Source: Podarcis erhardii | Taxonomy: Eukaryota | Direction: 5' to 3' (one strand) | Length of the DNA: 64,000 bases | Assembly (NCBI GenBank): GCA_964252035.1 | Contig: OZ176207.1 | In this document: piece by piece, positions 13,101 through 26,262 of the stretch | Position numbering within the stretch: position 1 is the first letter of the stretch | Layout: every line of letters begins with the position of its first letter | Notes under the pieces: model-generated | Told to the model about the DNA's origin: nothing | The model's input: the letters and a program-made list of their open reading frames with translations, nothing else | Database searches by the model: none | Program-made: the position numbers and the translations under genes

Positions 13101-16100
13101 TAATTTTCCTTCCAGCCCAGTGCTGTCATGGGGAGGAAGATATGGACTGCCAAACCACTTGAGATAGCCATAGATTTGCCCATGTACACATGCATCTCAC
13201 CAAGGACATGATGTGCAAAATTGTACTTCTTGGGTTGCGTTGGAAGCACTGAAAGTGCAATGATAACTTCAGATACCATATAATGTAGAAAGAAGGGAAA
13301 ATTGGAAGTGAAAGTATTTCAGAACTGCTGGTCAACAGTTTCTGAGGTCAATAATTTTTGTGAATGACTGAAGAACCCAGTCATTGCTAGTTTCACATCT
13401 CCTAAACAAAACATATCTGATATTTGGGAAAGTGCATTGTCAGCTGACCTCATAATTTTGGTACATTCTTGTGCTGTGGTTTTAATAATTGCACTGAATG
13501 AAAAATGGAGTTCACATATAGTGTATTAAATGTCAGAGGCCAGATCAGAGGCCAGGAACCTCTGATCTGTGGGACTAATTAGGCTCACAAGACTGTTTGG
13601 ACCAAGCCATGCCCACCAACCCCACACCTGACATCAGAAAAATAAGTAACTCTCTCTTGAAAGGTGTTTGCAGGCACTGGCAATCACCTGAGTGTTGGTG
13701 CTTGCAAACCATCATGGGCAAAGGAAAATACACATCATGTGTAGCCACACCCACGTGTCAAAGTTGACCTACAGGGGTCAATTTCCTACTTTGATTTAAA
13801 TCAAGGCAATTTGAAAGGTTTATACTTTGGTTACCACATATTTTTGTTCCAGATACTTCCTATACAGTATTATCTGACCACTAAGCATGTTGATCTGCAA
13901 TTAAATAAAATACCGTTTTCCAGTTTATTTCTGCAGCCAGGTCTTGCAGCTCCTTGTTGCACTGTATTCATTTTGCACATTTCCATTTTTCGCCTATAGG
14001 GGTTTTAAAAAATATTCTCTTATAGGCACATCTTGCAGCCAACACCTATCTGATACAGAAATACAGAAACATGGGGACTCTGCAGTGGACAATTTTGTCC
14101 TTTCTTCTTTCTTGCTTTGCTGTTTTCCTCTGCCTTCACCCAGCACTACTCTCACAAAAACAAAGTAGCAAACAGAAATTATGGTAAATGCCCATGCCTG
14201 ATAGGCAGAAATAAGAACTAATAGTTATTGGGCAGATTAGAGCAGATTATTTTATCAGGTGACAATGAAATGCCTGTGTTTGGTAGCTATACTTATTCAT
14301 ATTGGAGAAATGATCAGATTGGTTCTTCATTTATATGAAAAATCTGCCTTTAACTCAAACTATCTGGTAGAGGCACTGATTCAGTTTAGAGGCTTAACTG
14401 TAGGGCTGACATACTTATACTCATGTTGTTTAGTATTAACATAGTTATTTTTCAAGAGAAACTTAATTAAATCCTTGTGTTTTTAATTCATTGATTTTTA
14501 TCCATGCTGAATATATTTATTTTGGTTAAAAGGTGAGGTGTGCAGAAAATAACTTTGAATTCCGTGGCTGATGTAAAGATTAATAGCAGGTGTCCTTTTA
14601 GGAAACTTTCAGATTCATTCTAATGTTCCAGTTGTTATGTCCATAATGAACAGATTTTTTCCCCACTGCCCTTTATGCGCAATACGGGGCTGTAATTGAG
14701 TTCATATTTTTCACCCAACCTTTCAGCTGTAATTAATATTTTATTATATCAGATTTTATCACTAAATAGGCTAGCAGCAAGATATTGTGCCACACGGAGG
14801 AGTTTTTTTAAGGCACTAGTGACTTGCTGATGCCAAGCCACTTTTTGTAATGACTTATGGTTGAGAGAACACAAAGCACATTTATGGTACCCAGCTAATA
14901 TTCCAAAGCAATTTATGACTGATCTTATCTAGATCACAGCCAGAGCAAGAGAAATTAATGTTACAGAAACTGAATATTCATCACTGAAAATCTAGCTATG
15001 AAATCTAGCATATGTGGCACATTACAAAAAAAAATGCTGTTTTTTCATTATTGCTTTTTATGAACAAAGTCTGGTTAGGTCAGGTGACTTTTCTGTAATA
15101 GGGTATCCAAGCTTTTCAAAGTGACATGAACCGTGAACACCTATCTAGTATGACAAATTTTAAAACAAGCAATTACTGCTTGGCGTACATTCAGGCTTTA
15201 TCTTAATGCCTTTGTTTCACTAAAATGCTTGTTGGTTCTGTTCGTCTATAGTCTAGTTTTCATGACGTAAAATAATCTAGAATATAATTTTTAAAGAATA
15301 TTGACACAGGCGGAAAGTACAGATTTCATTGGGCAACATCCAGTGGTGTCTGCTTGCTTGTGCATTGGAAATCTGCTTGTTTAACATACATGCAGTTTCT
15401 CTTCTGCCCCCTCCCAGCCCTCCCTATGGGTCCCCAAATTCTGCTCCAGGGGGTCCCCTGCATCTTCCAAAGCAGATTTAGGATGTGAACATGCCTAGAG
15501 GGCTGCAGGAGAAAGGAGAGATAAGAGAAGCACCAGTGTATGAGCAGATGCCCACTTGCAGTATATAAGATCTCACCCACTGGCCTAAATTTAGTGACAA
15601 TTGATTTCCTTAATAATCAACCCATTGTAACTCAGTTCAGACATAACTGACAGGTTCAAAAGACAGAGAAGAGGAACTAATTCCTTTTCTTCACCCTACA
15701 CTGAATAAGTGATTGATACAGAAATGAAAATGTTACCGTTTCTGTTTCCCTTTAAATAGACAAAAAGTTTTAAAGTACTAATATTTATAATTTCCACAGC
15801 AATCCTGAGTAGCATGACACAAATCACAACTGTCAGGTCTATTGCAGCATGCCTTGGCAGATTTTGACTAGTTAACGGAAGCCGAGGGTTTCTGTGCTAG
15901 GACAGTCCCCATTCCCTTGGCCCACAATATGTTCAGAAGGGTGCTGCAGCACGCTTTGAAAGGCAGAACTGTGATATTTTCCTAGGCTGGGCAAATGAAT
16001 TATTGCCACATTATTTGACATTATAATGTAGGTACTGGATTGTGCCACTGAAAATCATTTTTTCTTGTATTTTGCTAAAACCTAGCATTCAGAAGAGATG

Positions 16101-17611
16101 TTAAGTGGCAAATATATGCAGCTTTTGAAGCTCCCCAGGCTCTTCTGTAATCAAGATATCATATAAATAAACAAGCATTTTCCCTCCCTGAAGAAGTGAA
16201 TAATTGGTCTCACTCTCATTGTAAACGCCCTTCTGGCAGCATGCAGGGAAAAATACCTCCACCTTCCAGTGATGATACACTCTCCTTTATAGGAGAACCA
16301 TAGGGATTTCCTGTCTGTATGCATAGGAATGCTAAGGAAAGGCTTTGCTTGGATCTCTTTTTGGCAGAAAATCCCCTTTGTAAATAGTGACTTTTAAATC
16401 TTTGAAAATATTCATGTGAAACAGTTGGGCAGTCACAAAGAAGCTTAAGGGTTGCATGTAAAAGCTAGATGCCATCCCTGCACTCTCCCTCCCTCTGGAC
16501 TAGGACTCTGAAAATAAATCTTATCCTAGCTACTTGAGAGTTTGTATTGGGCATTTATCTCTAGAGGCTGAAATTAAGCCATCTTTTATTTCCTCCTCCT
16601 GAAAGGCTACATGGGCATTTCTCCTTAGCTTTATTTGTGGAGTCGGTCTTTCTGTAGTAAACTAGAGGGGAAAATATTTTGGCCTCCTCGTCTCTGCTTG
16701 CCCTGTTTCAGAGATTTATAGTGCCCAGAGTTTGAATAAAGAGCATCAGCTTAATTCCAGTTGCTGCTGAATATATTACAATGCAGCTAAGAAAAAGAGC
16801 TGCCACGGATAGTACTTGCAGCATATAAGCTTTTGAAGAGTGCAAATCCTAGTTTGCAGATATACTTATTGCTGGCAACTTGTAGTTAAAAAAATCTGTG
16901 TTTTGAAGCCCTCAGGTAATGATTATTATGGAGTCTTCCCAATTCTCTACAACTAAAATGTAATACCTAGTTTTTGGAATGTAAGTATTCCAATAAATGT
17001 CTTCAGGATGAACAAAGACAAAATGTCTTCAAGTCACAACAGCAGTCGAAACAACTCTGGCCCCCTCTACACAGGTTTTTGACAGTGTGTGTATTCAGCA
17101 ACAACCACAGACGCTTTCAATGTACGTTTTTAACAGTTATGTTCTGCTCCTCTTCCTGCTTCAGAAATGTTCTGTTCTGCCACATTATTGACTATGCACT
17201 GTCCTCCTTTGACTCTGCCCTATCCTTTGTTTGCCTTCCTCTTCATCTGATTTTATTTTTTAATCAGGGGACGTTAGTTGTGCTATGATGGCATACCACC
17301 ACTCATGGTCTTTAGATTGAGTCATGGTGCCACATCGCCCTGCCTTGTATTCAGCAAGATTGAGCCGCAATTTGCAGAGCATTCAAAAGGAACACAGAAT
17401 CACACACTTACTCCTCTAGTAAAAAGAGGTCTTATTTAGAGTTTCTGGGGACTTTTCACCTTGTCCTGTTCCAATTCCCACTCCCAACCCCACATGTGTT
17501 GGAAAGGAGTGCTTGGAATCCTGCATTGGAGTGTTTTCTCTCCCCCAACCCTATTACCTGTCATTGTTCCTGGTTGCAATGCCCCTTCCGATCTTCAGGA
17601 GGAGGGGGGGT

Positions 17612-18325
17612 TGTGGGATCACGACCCCGCCCACACTCGCTCTCGCGAGGCTGGCGTCAGCCTCGCGGGAGACAGGGATTCCCCCAATTAGCATACCCTG
17701 TGGCGCCAGCCAATCGGCTGGCGGCAGGGGCGGGCCTTCGTAGGGCCACTTAAGGTCAGGGCAGCCCCTGGCTCGCCCCCTTTCTTCCCTGGAGACGACG
17801 TGGTTTCCCACCCACCCGCCCTTTAGGTTTTGCCACTGACCTTGCTATGGGCTTCGGCTGGTCGCCGCAAGGGGCCTGGTAGGAGTTTTTCCATTTGGCT
17901 AATTGGCTGGTTTTGTGAGCCACTTGGTTTTTTCGCCTACCTCGTAGCAAATCGTCACAACTCCCTCGGTTTGAGGTTGGGGGGGAGGAACGCCATCACC
18001 TCCCCCAATGTTTGAAGGGTAGTTCGTTAAAGGACTCCGAGGGGCGACGCCTCGTCCGAAACCTACGGAGGCTAGGGCCTAAAGCGCGCCCCCGAGCGGT
18101 AACCCCTCGGGGAGCGCCTAGGGATATGCATCTCGGGTGGCTCCCCCTGTTGGTGTTTAACCCTTCCCGGTCAGACCGGATAGTCGGTTAGGGCCAATGC
18201 CTAAAGCCAATACCCTTCTTTCCTGTAATCAATAAAGTTGTGGCCATTTTCGCCCATTAACCTAAAACTCTGTGTCCGTTGTCTTCATTTATTCCACCTG
18301 TGGGGGGGAGGGAATAGCCACACAA
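17612..18325 (+). mobile_element. CpG-rich LTR-like retroelement terminal repeat (solo LTR or DIRS/Ngaro repeat); left boundary uncertain (17495-17612)
   Basis: CCAAT 17710-14, GC box 17727-34, TATA-like cacttaagg 17747-55, AATAAA 18231-36 followed by a GT-rich stretch, and TG..CA-type ends. No unambiguous TSD. Homologous to 26261-26830. Confidence 0.65.
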
Positions 18326-20207
18326 CAGGTATTCACACCATTACTGCCTGGAAGGTGGTTCTGCTGTGATGCTATGCCTGCTCCTGGTCCCACATAATGA
18401 CTCCCAGAGAAACCTGGAGAGGGAGAAAAGTGAGACAGGCAGACAGGTGGAGAAAAGCACACACTCTGCCACATCTTTTCCAAACCGACAAATTGCTACT
18501 TCTAGTCCAAGTGAGTTGATAAAATGGATTAACAAGGCCAGGCTTGAATAAGCAGAAGTCTCACAAGGGAAGACAGAGAGAAACTTGCCATAGGCAGCCT
18601 TTCTCTGCCTTTTAAGGTTGCCATACTTACCGGGGGTCGGGGGGAATCAAGAGACTGCTGGGATGAACAGCTGCATTACCGGACTTAACTAGAAAAAAGT
18701 TGACTCTAAAAAGATAAAGAGCACAATCCATCAGGAAATTGTCCTTCTCAAGTCTCACTGAAGTCATAGCAGTGCAAGACCTTACGTTGCAGTCTTCCCA
18801 TTAAGGTCACCTGGACTTTTGCAGGAGAATGCCCCACTGGATTGTGCCCAAAGAATCCTATAGTACCTTAAATGTCTGATCAGTCTATTGTGGCAAGAGC
18901 TTTTATAAATAAAAGCCTACTTCATTAGATTTGTGAACTAGAAGGAAGGTTTTTTTTAAAAGCAAAGGAACGCAATGAGACCTAAGGACATCACAAATGC
19001 AAGCAAGACTTCGTTATTTATGTTGCATGAGACATGGCAGGGTGATTTGTATTTGTTGCAAAGCAAATGTGATTTTGCAAAAGCATTTGTTTCGTGATCT
19101 GTTATTTGGGCACATTCTACCTTAGTGTGGGCTTTATTTCACATTTTAGTTAAAATGCAAAAGGTTAGGCTAATAGGCACAATGTAACTTTAGACAATGA
19201 GAAGATATGGTTAACACACTGCTTGAATATTGAGATCTGGATCGGTGATGGGTTTTATCAAGCTTAAACCTAAAGATTTCTTTCTGGCTGGTGCTATATT
19301 ATTATATATTACCAGGAAGCATTTCCAGCAGTGAGATTTACAGAAGGGTTTTAGATTATGACTGTAATTCAAAGGATCTTATAAATGTCATTAGCAAGAT
19401 GATCTCATTTATACACATTTAAAACATGTAACTCATAAAATGCTGTCAGGTTATAGTTGACCCAGGTACTTACAACGTGTTAATTTACATCAAGAAGAGA
19501 GTCCTGTGTGGAAATGGGGCAGTAGACAGCATTTAGCCATTTTTCATTACCACTTGGACTTTGATAAAGGGGAACAGAAAAGAGCTTTGTGACCTTTTGG
19601 TGCTTAAATTATTAAAGACAAAATAGGTTTGAGGTCTGGTTGCTCACAAATCTAATTTGTCTTTTAGAGTAAAGATGAAAAGATATTTGGGGTTTGAAAT
19701 TGCTCTAGTCAACTAGGTTCTTTCTTTAATGTGTCAAAGGAAGAATTCAAGCATTTAGAATGAGGTGTATATGGGGTATTGTGTGTAGAATAACTAGTAT
19801 GAGCTGTTCAGGATAAAACGCCCTGAAAGCCAATTGTATTTCAATAATTTGAAAGACGCATTATGAATGGATTCTACCTGTGTGATTAAGATCAGCTTTC
19901 AGTCAGGTTAATAAAATAACTGGACTTGTTATTAGAGCTTGTTGGAGTAAGAATTGTGCATTTTATTTTATTCTCTTAGTTGCTAGATCGGCAACTGTGG
20001 ATTTTATCCAAAAGCAGTTAGTAGCAAGTAATTTGTTGGAGGTCAGTACAGTTGCCTATATTTTGCAATGGAAACAAATAGCAACTATATCGGAGCAAAG
20101 CTATTTTACTCTGGGCTAAATTTGGAAAAGTGTATAGGCAGAGATTAACAGGACAATTCTATACTCCCATTTACACTGGTGAACCCTTACATTGTCACGA
20201 TGCTGAT

Positions 20208-20441
20208 AGAAATACCTTAGGTTGAAGTTGCTTCAGGTTGAGCATTTTCTGGTTGTGCTCTACTGTAACCTGGAAGTAACGGAACGCGTTACTTATGGGT
20301 TTTGCCACTCGCGCATGCGCAGACGCTCAAAATGACGTCATGCACAGAAGCAGCAAATCGCAGCACGTGCAGACGCGGGTTGCGTTCGCTTCAGGATGCG
20401 AACGGGGTTCCAGAACGGCTCCCGTTCGTATCCAGAGGTAC
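20208..20441. mobile_element. Tc1/mariner MITE family B, eroded ends
   Basis: Ends cgtatccagaggtac; internal ccagaacgg and gcgcatgcgcaga shared with 52913-53129. Confidence 0.7.
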
Positions 20442-20520
20442 TTAACAGCATAACATATACGTATAACATATACATATACAGCATAACATATAACCCTAAC
20501 TTCTAACAAACAAGTTATGT

Positions 20521-20997
20521 TGTTTAACATCTTTATAAACGGCTTGAATTGAGGAGTGATCATCAAATTTGCAGATAATGCCAAACTGGAATGGGTAGCC
20601 AATGCTGCAGAAGACAGAATCGGAATTCAGTATGGCCTTAACTAACCTTTGTTAGTTTGGACCCAAACTAACAAAATGAATTTCAATAGGGACAAATACA
20701 AGGTTATACCCTTGGCCAGGAAGAACCAGCTCCAAGAATATAACTGGACAACTAGGGGGGCTTGGTAGACCACAAGCAGCAGCAGCAAAAAAAAAAGCTA
20801 ATGCTATTCTAAGGTGGATCAACAGAAGTATAGTGTCCCAATAAAGGGAAGTCATAGTCCCGTTCTATTCTGCCTTGGTCATACCACATCTGGAGTACTC
20901 TGTCCAGTTCTGGATACCACAGTTTAAGAAGAGTATTGACAAGCTGGCATGTGTGAATAGGAGGTTGACTGAGATGATCAAGGATCTAGAAACAAAG
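20521..20997 (+). mobile_element. CR1 LINE ORF2 (reverse transcriptase) fragment, degraded
   Basis: Translates FNIFIN..IKFADNAKL..VAN..EDRI.IQ (YADD-region signature), then KANAIL..INRSIV and RPHLEY.VQFW-like motifs, with stops and frameshifts. Confidence 0.9.
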
Positions 20998-22692
20998 TAT
21001 TCAGTTTTAGGCTGCATAAAAATAGACCTCTGCACAAATATGTGAACATTTAGCAAATGTGAGCACTATTTCAGATCTTCAGTGCTCTCCCGTGATTGCA
21101 GAAATCGATTTGCAGCAGGAAAGCAGATTGGTTTTCATTTATTGCTGAAATGTTCATGATTTCAGTTCTTCAAATGCACTGTGAGCAGAACATGCGAGAG
21201 TTGTTTTTTCTCATTCCAGTTTTAACATCTGGTATATTGTTAACAGTTGAACAAAGTGCTTACAAGCTACAGTGCAGGAATTCCTTTTCAGGTTACCAAT
21301 TGATAACCTTGAGCTATTTATTTTGGCTTCCAGAAAGTATGCTGTGTTTCTAGATAACTAACAAGTTGCAGTCAAACTTTATAAAAAGGACCATGTTGAT
21401 TAAAACATTAAAGGGTCCATAAACAATCATAAGCTTAGTTATTAATTGATCAGATCAGGTCCGCTTATTTTTATCTAGTCATCAAACCATCACAAAACCA
21501 AAGTTTAACATAATATCAATTTAGAAAAAATAACTGAAACCCAAATATACAGCTTAAACATAAAATTTCCACTTTGCTGCCACACCAAGAAAGAATTAGA
21601 CAAATAATTATGTGTGGACAGGGTGAATAAATGATTATATATTTGTTCCCAGCCCAAGAACTGAGGAAAATGTCTCCCTCTTTGCTACGTGAACATTTAT
21701 AATTGAAGTCCAACCTGCAACGTAGACCCACTGTCCTAAGGGCACCCACAATGCCACCAGACCTCATGCTATGGGTGATGACTCGAGTACCCTTACTCCC
21801 ATAAATCCTCAGGATGACTGAGAATTAAATTATTATATTTTCCTTACTTACCTGCATAATACAAATCAACAAAAACTGTGTTAAACTGTGAAGTAGGGGA
21901 AAATAGGGAGTCCCAAGTGTCAATCATGGATCCACCCAAATTATTATTCAGTGCCATAAAAGGCAGCTAGCTAAAGCCCATACTAAAAAGGGAGGGTGCT
22001 GCAAAGGCAAATGGGAGGGAATAGAGGAGGCGGAACAGCCTTAAATACCAGGCTAATCTGATCCCTCTCAATGGTCATCCCAAGTCTCTTTCCCCTAGGA
22101 GAGGGTAGGGCAAACTTGACCCCATAAAGAACGGGAACACAATTCCCTGGCAGTTCACAACATGCACATTTTAAAACAGTTACCTACAAGTAAGTCTCTT
22201 AGACCAGGTCACTACTGCGGTATTCCTCTTATTTATTATTTTCCTGTGAATTTGACCGTCATACCATTTCATTCAAACAAGGCAAATGGCGTAAAGTAGA
22301 ATATTTATAGCCTCGTACCTACTCTCTGTTCACAAAAATATGTGTAGCACCTTTTATTACCAATGAAACATATATTTCTTACCTGTGAGTACTCAAAGGA
22401 CATATTTCTAACCAGTTTATCTATGAAATGCTTTAACAACTTTATGGTGTATACCATTTCCTTCTGTGTATTTAAAAAGGAAGAGGCATGTACTTTATAG
22501 ATGCAGTTCTTGAATGATAACTTTATTTCACTCTGTTCCTTGCTTTCAAACATAACATATTTTATCGTAAATACTGGGTTATATGATTCAAAATTACATT
22601 TTGCATACTCTGAATTAACCCAGCATTTTATTTTATTTTTGTCTTTTCTTTCTCCTCCACCCTCTCCTGTTTTTCATTTTTCATTTTTTTAG

Positions 22693-22966
22693 TGTCTACC
22701 AAATAGTGGTTGAGGAAGAGCGTCCCCGCAGAACCAAGAAAACAACTGAAATCCTGAAATGCTATCCAGTACCAATCCACTTCCAGAATGCTTCACTTTT
22801 GAACTCTCAGTATTATTTTGCAGCCGAGTTCCCGGCCAACAGTATTCAGTCTTCTCAGACTTTTACAATTGGTGACAACAAAACCTACAGTGGCTTCTGG
22901 AACACTCCTCTTCTCCCTCATAAAAGCTATAGTATTTATTTTCAAGCTGCCAGCAGAGCCAATGGG
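22693..22966 (+). CDS. PTPRM: PTPRM coding exon (274 nt, FNIII-4) containing the proprotein-convertase site RPRR|TKK
   Basis: Long pyrimidine tract 22630-22690, ag at 22691-2, GG|gtaagt donor. Reads VYQIVVEEERPRRTKKTTEILKCYPVPIHFQNASLLNSQYYFAAEF...QAASRANG and explains ORF 22706-22990. RPRR is encoded at 22721-22732. Confidence 0.98.
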
Positions 22967-23337
22967 GTAAGTTTTAGGATGTTGGTTTGAAGCGATATTC
23001 ATGTGTGAATAGACCACAGGTTGTCTAATTTTGGTGCCAAATAGACAATGGAAAAAAGAAATTGAATGTTTTTCTTTGCATAGTTATGTATTGGCCAGGC
23101 CAGTCATTCTTGGGAGGGAAATGGAGCCAGTGGGAGGAAGCACATATTTCTGTCAATGGTTAAGAGCCTAGGCAATCATTCCTTACAAAATTACTGTCAT
23201 TCTGTCCTCTTTTCGATCATGCTGCTCCTATTAAATGATTTTCGCTTTTATACTTGGCTTATTCTGCTGCATTATATTAGCTTGCATTGGCTTGTGCGCC
23301 CATTTTCAGTCTTGATTGCCCTGACTTAAGACACAAG

Positions 23338-23342
<5 letters not shown>

Positions 23343-23378
<36 letters not shown>
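23343..23378 (+). repeat. (TC)18 microsatellite
   Basis: Direct reading. Confidence 0.95.
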
Positions 23379-23383
<5 letters not shown>

Positions 23384-24019
23384 GAGTTTAAAAGAAATAA
23401 GTTGATGGAGCCAAAGTGAAAAGTGCATAAAAGGTCCATCCTTTGCAGGTCGCTTTTAATCCAGCTTCTACATTCTAGAATTGTTTTCTATTTCAGGACA
23501 GACCTACCCCGAGCCCTTCAACTCTTGATAAGCTTTGGCTGTCTCCCCTGACAGCAGGGAAATGTTTTCTGCCAAATAACATAATGGCCCCTCTTTTACA
23601 GTGCACTGACAGTGCAGAAATGTGAAACACCATTGATTTTTGTTTGCTTTCTTACATTGTCTAGCATGTTGCTTGGAACTGTGTAGCTGACTGTAAAGAA
23701 AAGAAAATATCCCAAGGTCAATGTGTTGTAAAAGGAGGGGGGTGGAAAGTACACATATCATGTCTAATAACATCTCATTCATCTTCTAGGTTTATATTAA
23801 GTGAAGTATCGATGTTACATGCCCAAGTGCATTTTCCTTTGGTTGTCCATAGCAGGGAAATACATTGACTAGTGTAGGAAGCTATTAAGCTTGAAACCAA
23901 ACATGTAAAAGTTGGTACTGATTTTAGATCTTAGCAGTATTTTAAGCAGAAGCAATGTATTATATTCTTGCTGTGGATGTAAACTAGAAAATGACCTTTT
24001 CTTTCTTTATCTGGCATAG

Positions 24020-24056
24020 GAAACAAAAATTGACTGCGTCAGAGTGGCCACAAAAG
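24020..24056 (+). CDS. PTPRM: PTPRM coding exon (37 nt): ETKIDCVRVATK(G/A)
   Basis: ttttctttctttatctggcatag acceptor and AG|gtatgc donor. Phase 0 in, phase 1 out; in frame with neighbours. Absent from the ORF track because it is short. Confidence 0.96.
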
Positions 24057-24639
24057 GTATGCTTCCATTGTGTCTTCTTAGCCTTAAATCTGTCAAATTG
24101 TGTATCATAATATACATGGTTAAATACACATATCCAATTATACCATTTTAACGATATTTTTAAGTATTATTTATTTAAGTATAAGAGTAAGAGAATGAAT
24201 GGCTGAGTTTGTTTAATTTAAAAAGGTGGTGAAAGCCTAATTTCCACTCATATTTCAATTGTCCACCAAAAGTTTAAAAATAATTAGGAGAGTTTTCACA
24301 TTTTTGGTGCAGAGTAGCTATGCCTATTGGTGCTCCTAAACATCAATATACTAGGTTGAGTAAACAATAATTATTTGTCATTCCTATTGCTCACTCTAGG
24401 ATTGCAAGAGGTTTGCTTCAGCTTCCTTTCTCAATAAGGCAACCAGTGGTTGGAGCACAAAATTTATGATGGTCTGATGACCTCCATTTGTGACTGTGAT
24501 ATAACTGTTGGGCTGTTGTAATGAATTGTATATTAGGATTGTTCGGAAGTTTCATATGCGAAATGTGATAGTCCATCTGCTTACATGGGTGGGGTGTTGG
24601 GAACACATTACACTAGTGCTCCCCTGCAGTGACTTCCTG

Positions 24640-24810
24640 TATTTTTCCAAGTATGATTCAAGGTGAATTGTTTAAAAGGGGAAATCTAACTTTCGAAGCC
24701 TTTCATGGCTTGAGCCTTAGGTACCTAAGAAATTACTTCCTTTCATGTCCTCCAATGCAGTTTCCAAGATCAGTTTCTATCATCTGCATTCCCAGTATGA
24801 CTAAGAAGTG
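24640..24810 (+). mobile_element. Ancient L2 LINE ORF2 C-terminal fragment
   Basis: ORF 24629-24865 contains LTFEAFHGLSLRYLRNY...PRS, resembling the L2 motif LTFKALHGLAPxYLxxxL..Y.P.R.LRS. Confidence 0.5.
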
Positions 24811-26194
24811 TACAGGCACAGAGAGACATTATTTGTCATTGCACCTTGTTTTGAAATTCCATTAATCTTGAGTTTCAACAGAGGTCAAACCTGATCACAT
24901 TCAGGAGTTTCATGATTCAGGAAGCTAATCCAAGTCTTCATCCCCTGATTTTGTGGGGCTGAATTGTGAAATGAAATACTGTTTTTAAAAAATAATTTCT
25001 TAAGTGAAGAAGAACTACCCACCACTAGTGTGGATTAGTTTCTTAAAAGAAGCTGGAAATATTTGACACAAAGCTTGATTACCACATCAATAAGAAACAT
25101 AAAGTTGGATCTAGACCTACCATTCCTTAAATGGAAGCTTTCCTTCCATTTTCAGAAGTGAGTTGCATCCACAGAGATTCCTGCTTTACCAACTGGATGC
25201 TCCCACTGGTGGAAGGAGACAGTCCCCACCACCACCTACAGCACCCAGCAAGCTCCAAACATAGGGGTCTACAGAGAACAAAGAGGCAAAACCTGTCTAC
25301 TTGTGTTCTGCGCATAGGAGTGTCCATGAGAGTTCCATTCTGTGCAAATTGTTGCAACCAATTAAGCAAACTTTGTAAATGAAGTCTTATGTTCAAAGAT
25401 ACTATAGTCTTATCAACCTCTTCATGCAAGGAGTATGCTCTTATCAGCATGATTATATTGCTTCACCTCATTTTTAAAAATAATAATATAGGTAACTATT
25501 TATTATTGGATGTTCTGCATGATGAATAAACATCCAATAGCCTACATACTGCTAGTTGTTTACTATAAAGGGTTACATCACCTCTACATTTTACCAATTA
25601 TGTTTCTTCAATCAGTATATCATTTCTGGCCAAGCAGAATTTTGTCTAACTATTGTTCTGGCACTTTAAAAATTAAAATAAAATAAAGAGGAAGAATCTG
25701 GTCCAATTTATTATATAATGCTACACTGGTTTAATAACATCACATGGCAATCTGTGGTTTAAATATTTAAAGATTATTTTGCCATTTATTTCACTATTTG
25801 ATTGGATTAACTTTTTTACTTATTACATTTGGAAAAAGAGATCATATTTTCTGCAATGAGGTAGCTACCATAGCAACAGATGACATCAAACTAGCCTCTT
25901 AGGAGAAAGGAAAGAAGGAAATTCAGCTTTTATTTAAATATGCAAGTTCATTTTATGTTGTGAAAGCATATTTGCCCACACTTCATAAAATCTCTGGGAA
26001 AACCATAGTATTATCAGAGACACACACCCTGTGAGTTACTGGAAATAAGTGCTCTAAGCTGCATGTCAGGATTAAAAAGCTGCAAAACTTTCTAGGGAAT
26101 CTTCTGCAAATGATTAATTTTAACACTGTTACCTTTATGAAGATATCTAGTAGATACCAGTATATCAATTTAACTAACTGCTAAATATCTAGAT

Positions 26195-26262
26195 CATGCA
26201 TAGGCAAACTCGGCCCTCCAGATGTTTTGGGACTACAGTTCCCATCATCCCTGACCACTGGT
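26195..26262. mobile_element. hAT MITE left half, truncated
   Basis: catgcataggcaaactcggccctccagatgttttgggactacagttcccatcatccctgaccactggt; left flank atctagat. Confidence 0.85.

Noticed and set aside
12503-13800. hAT-like termini (agggttgcca at about 12505, caggggtggctaac at about 12764, relic near 13550)
   Set aside because: Only single ends visible with no matching TIR/TSD; too eroded to delimit.
23497-23626. Acceptor-like tttcag followed by a 42-codon in-frame stretch and stop (possible soluble-isoform terminal exon)
   Set aside because: No donor, no nearby canonical poly(A) signal and no recognisable homology; such acceptors are common by chance.
25127-25450. Minus ORF with LQSLLNWLQQFAQ resembling the RT segment after YADD
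   Set aside because: Catalytic motif absent; similarity too weak to call by eye.
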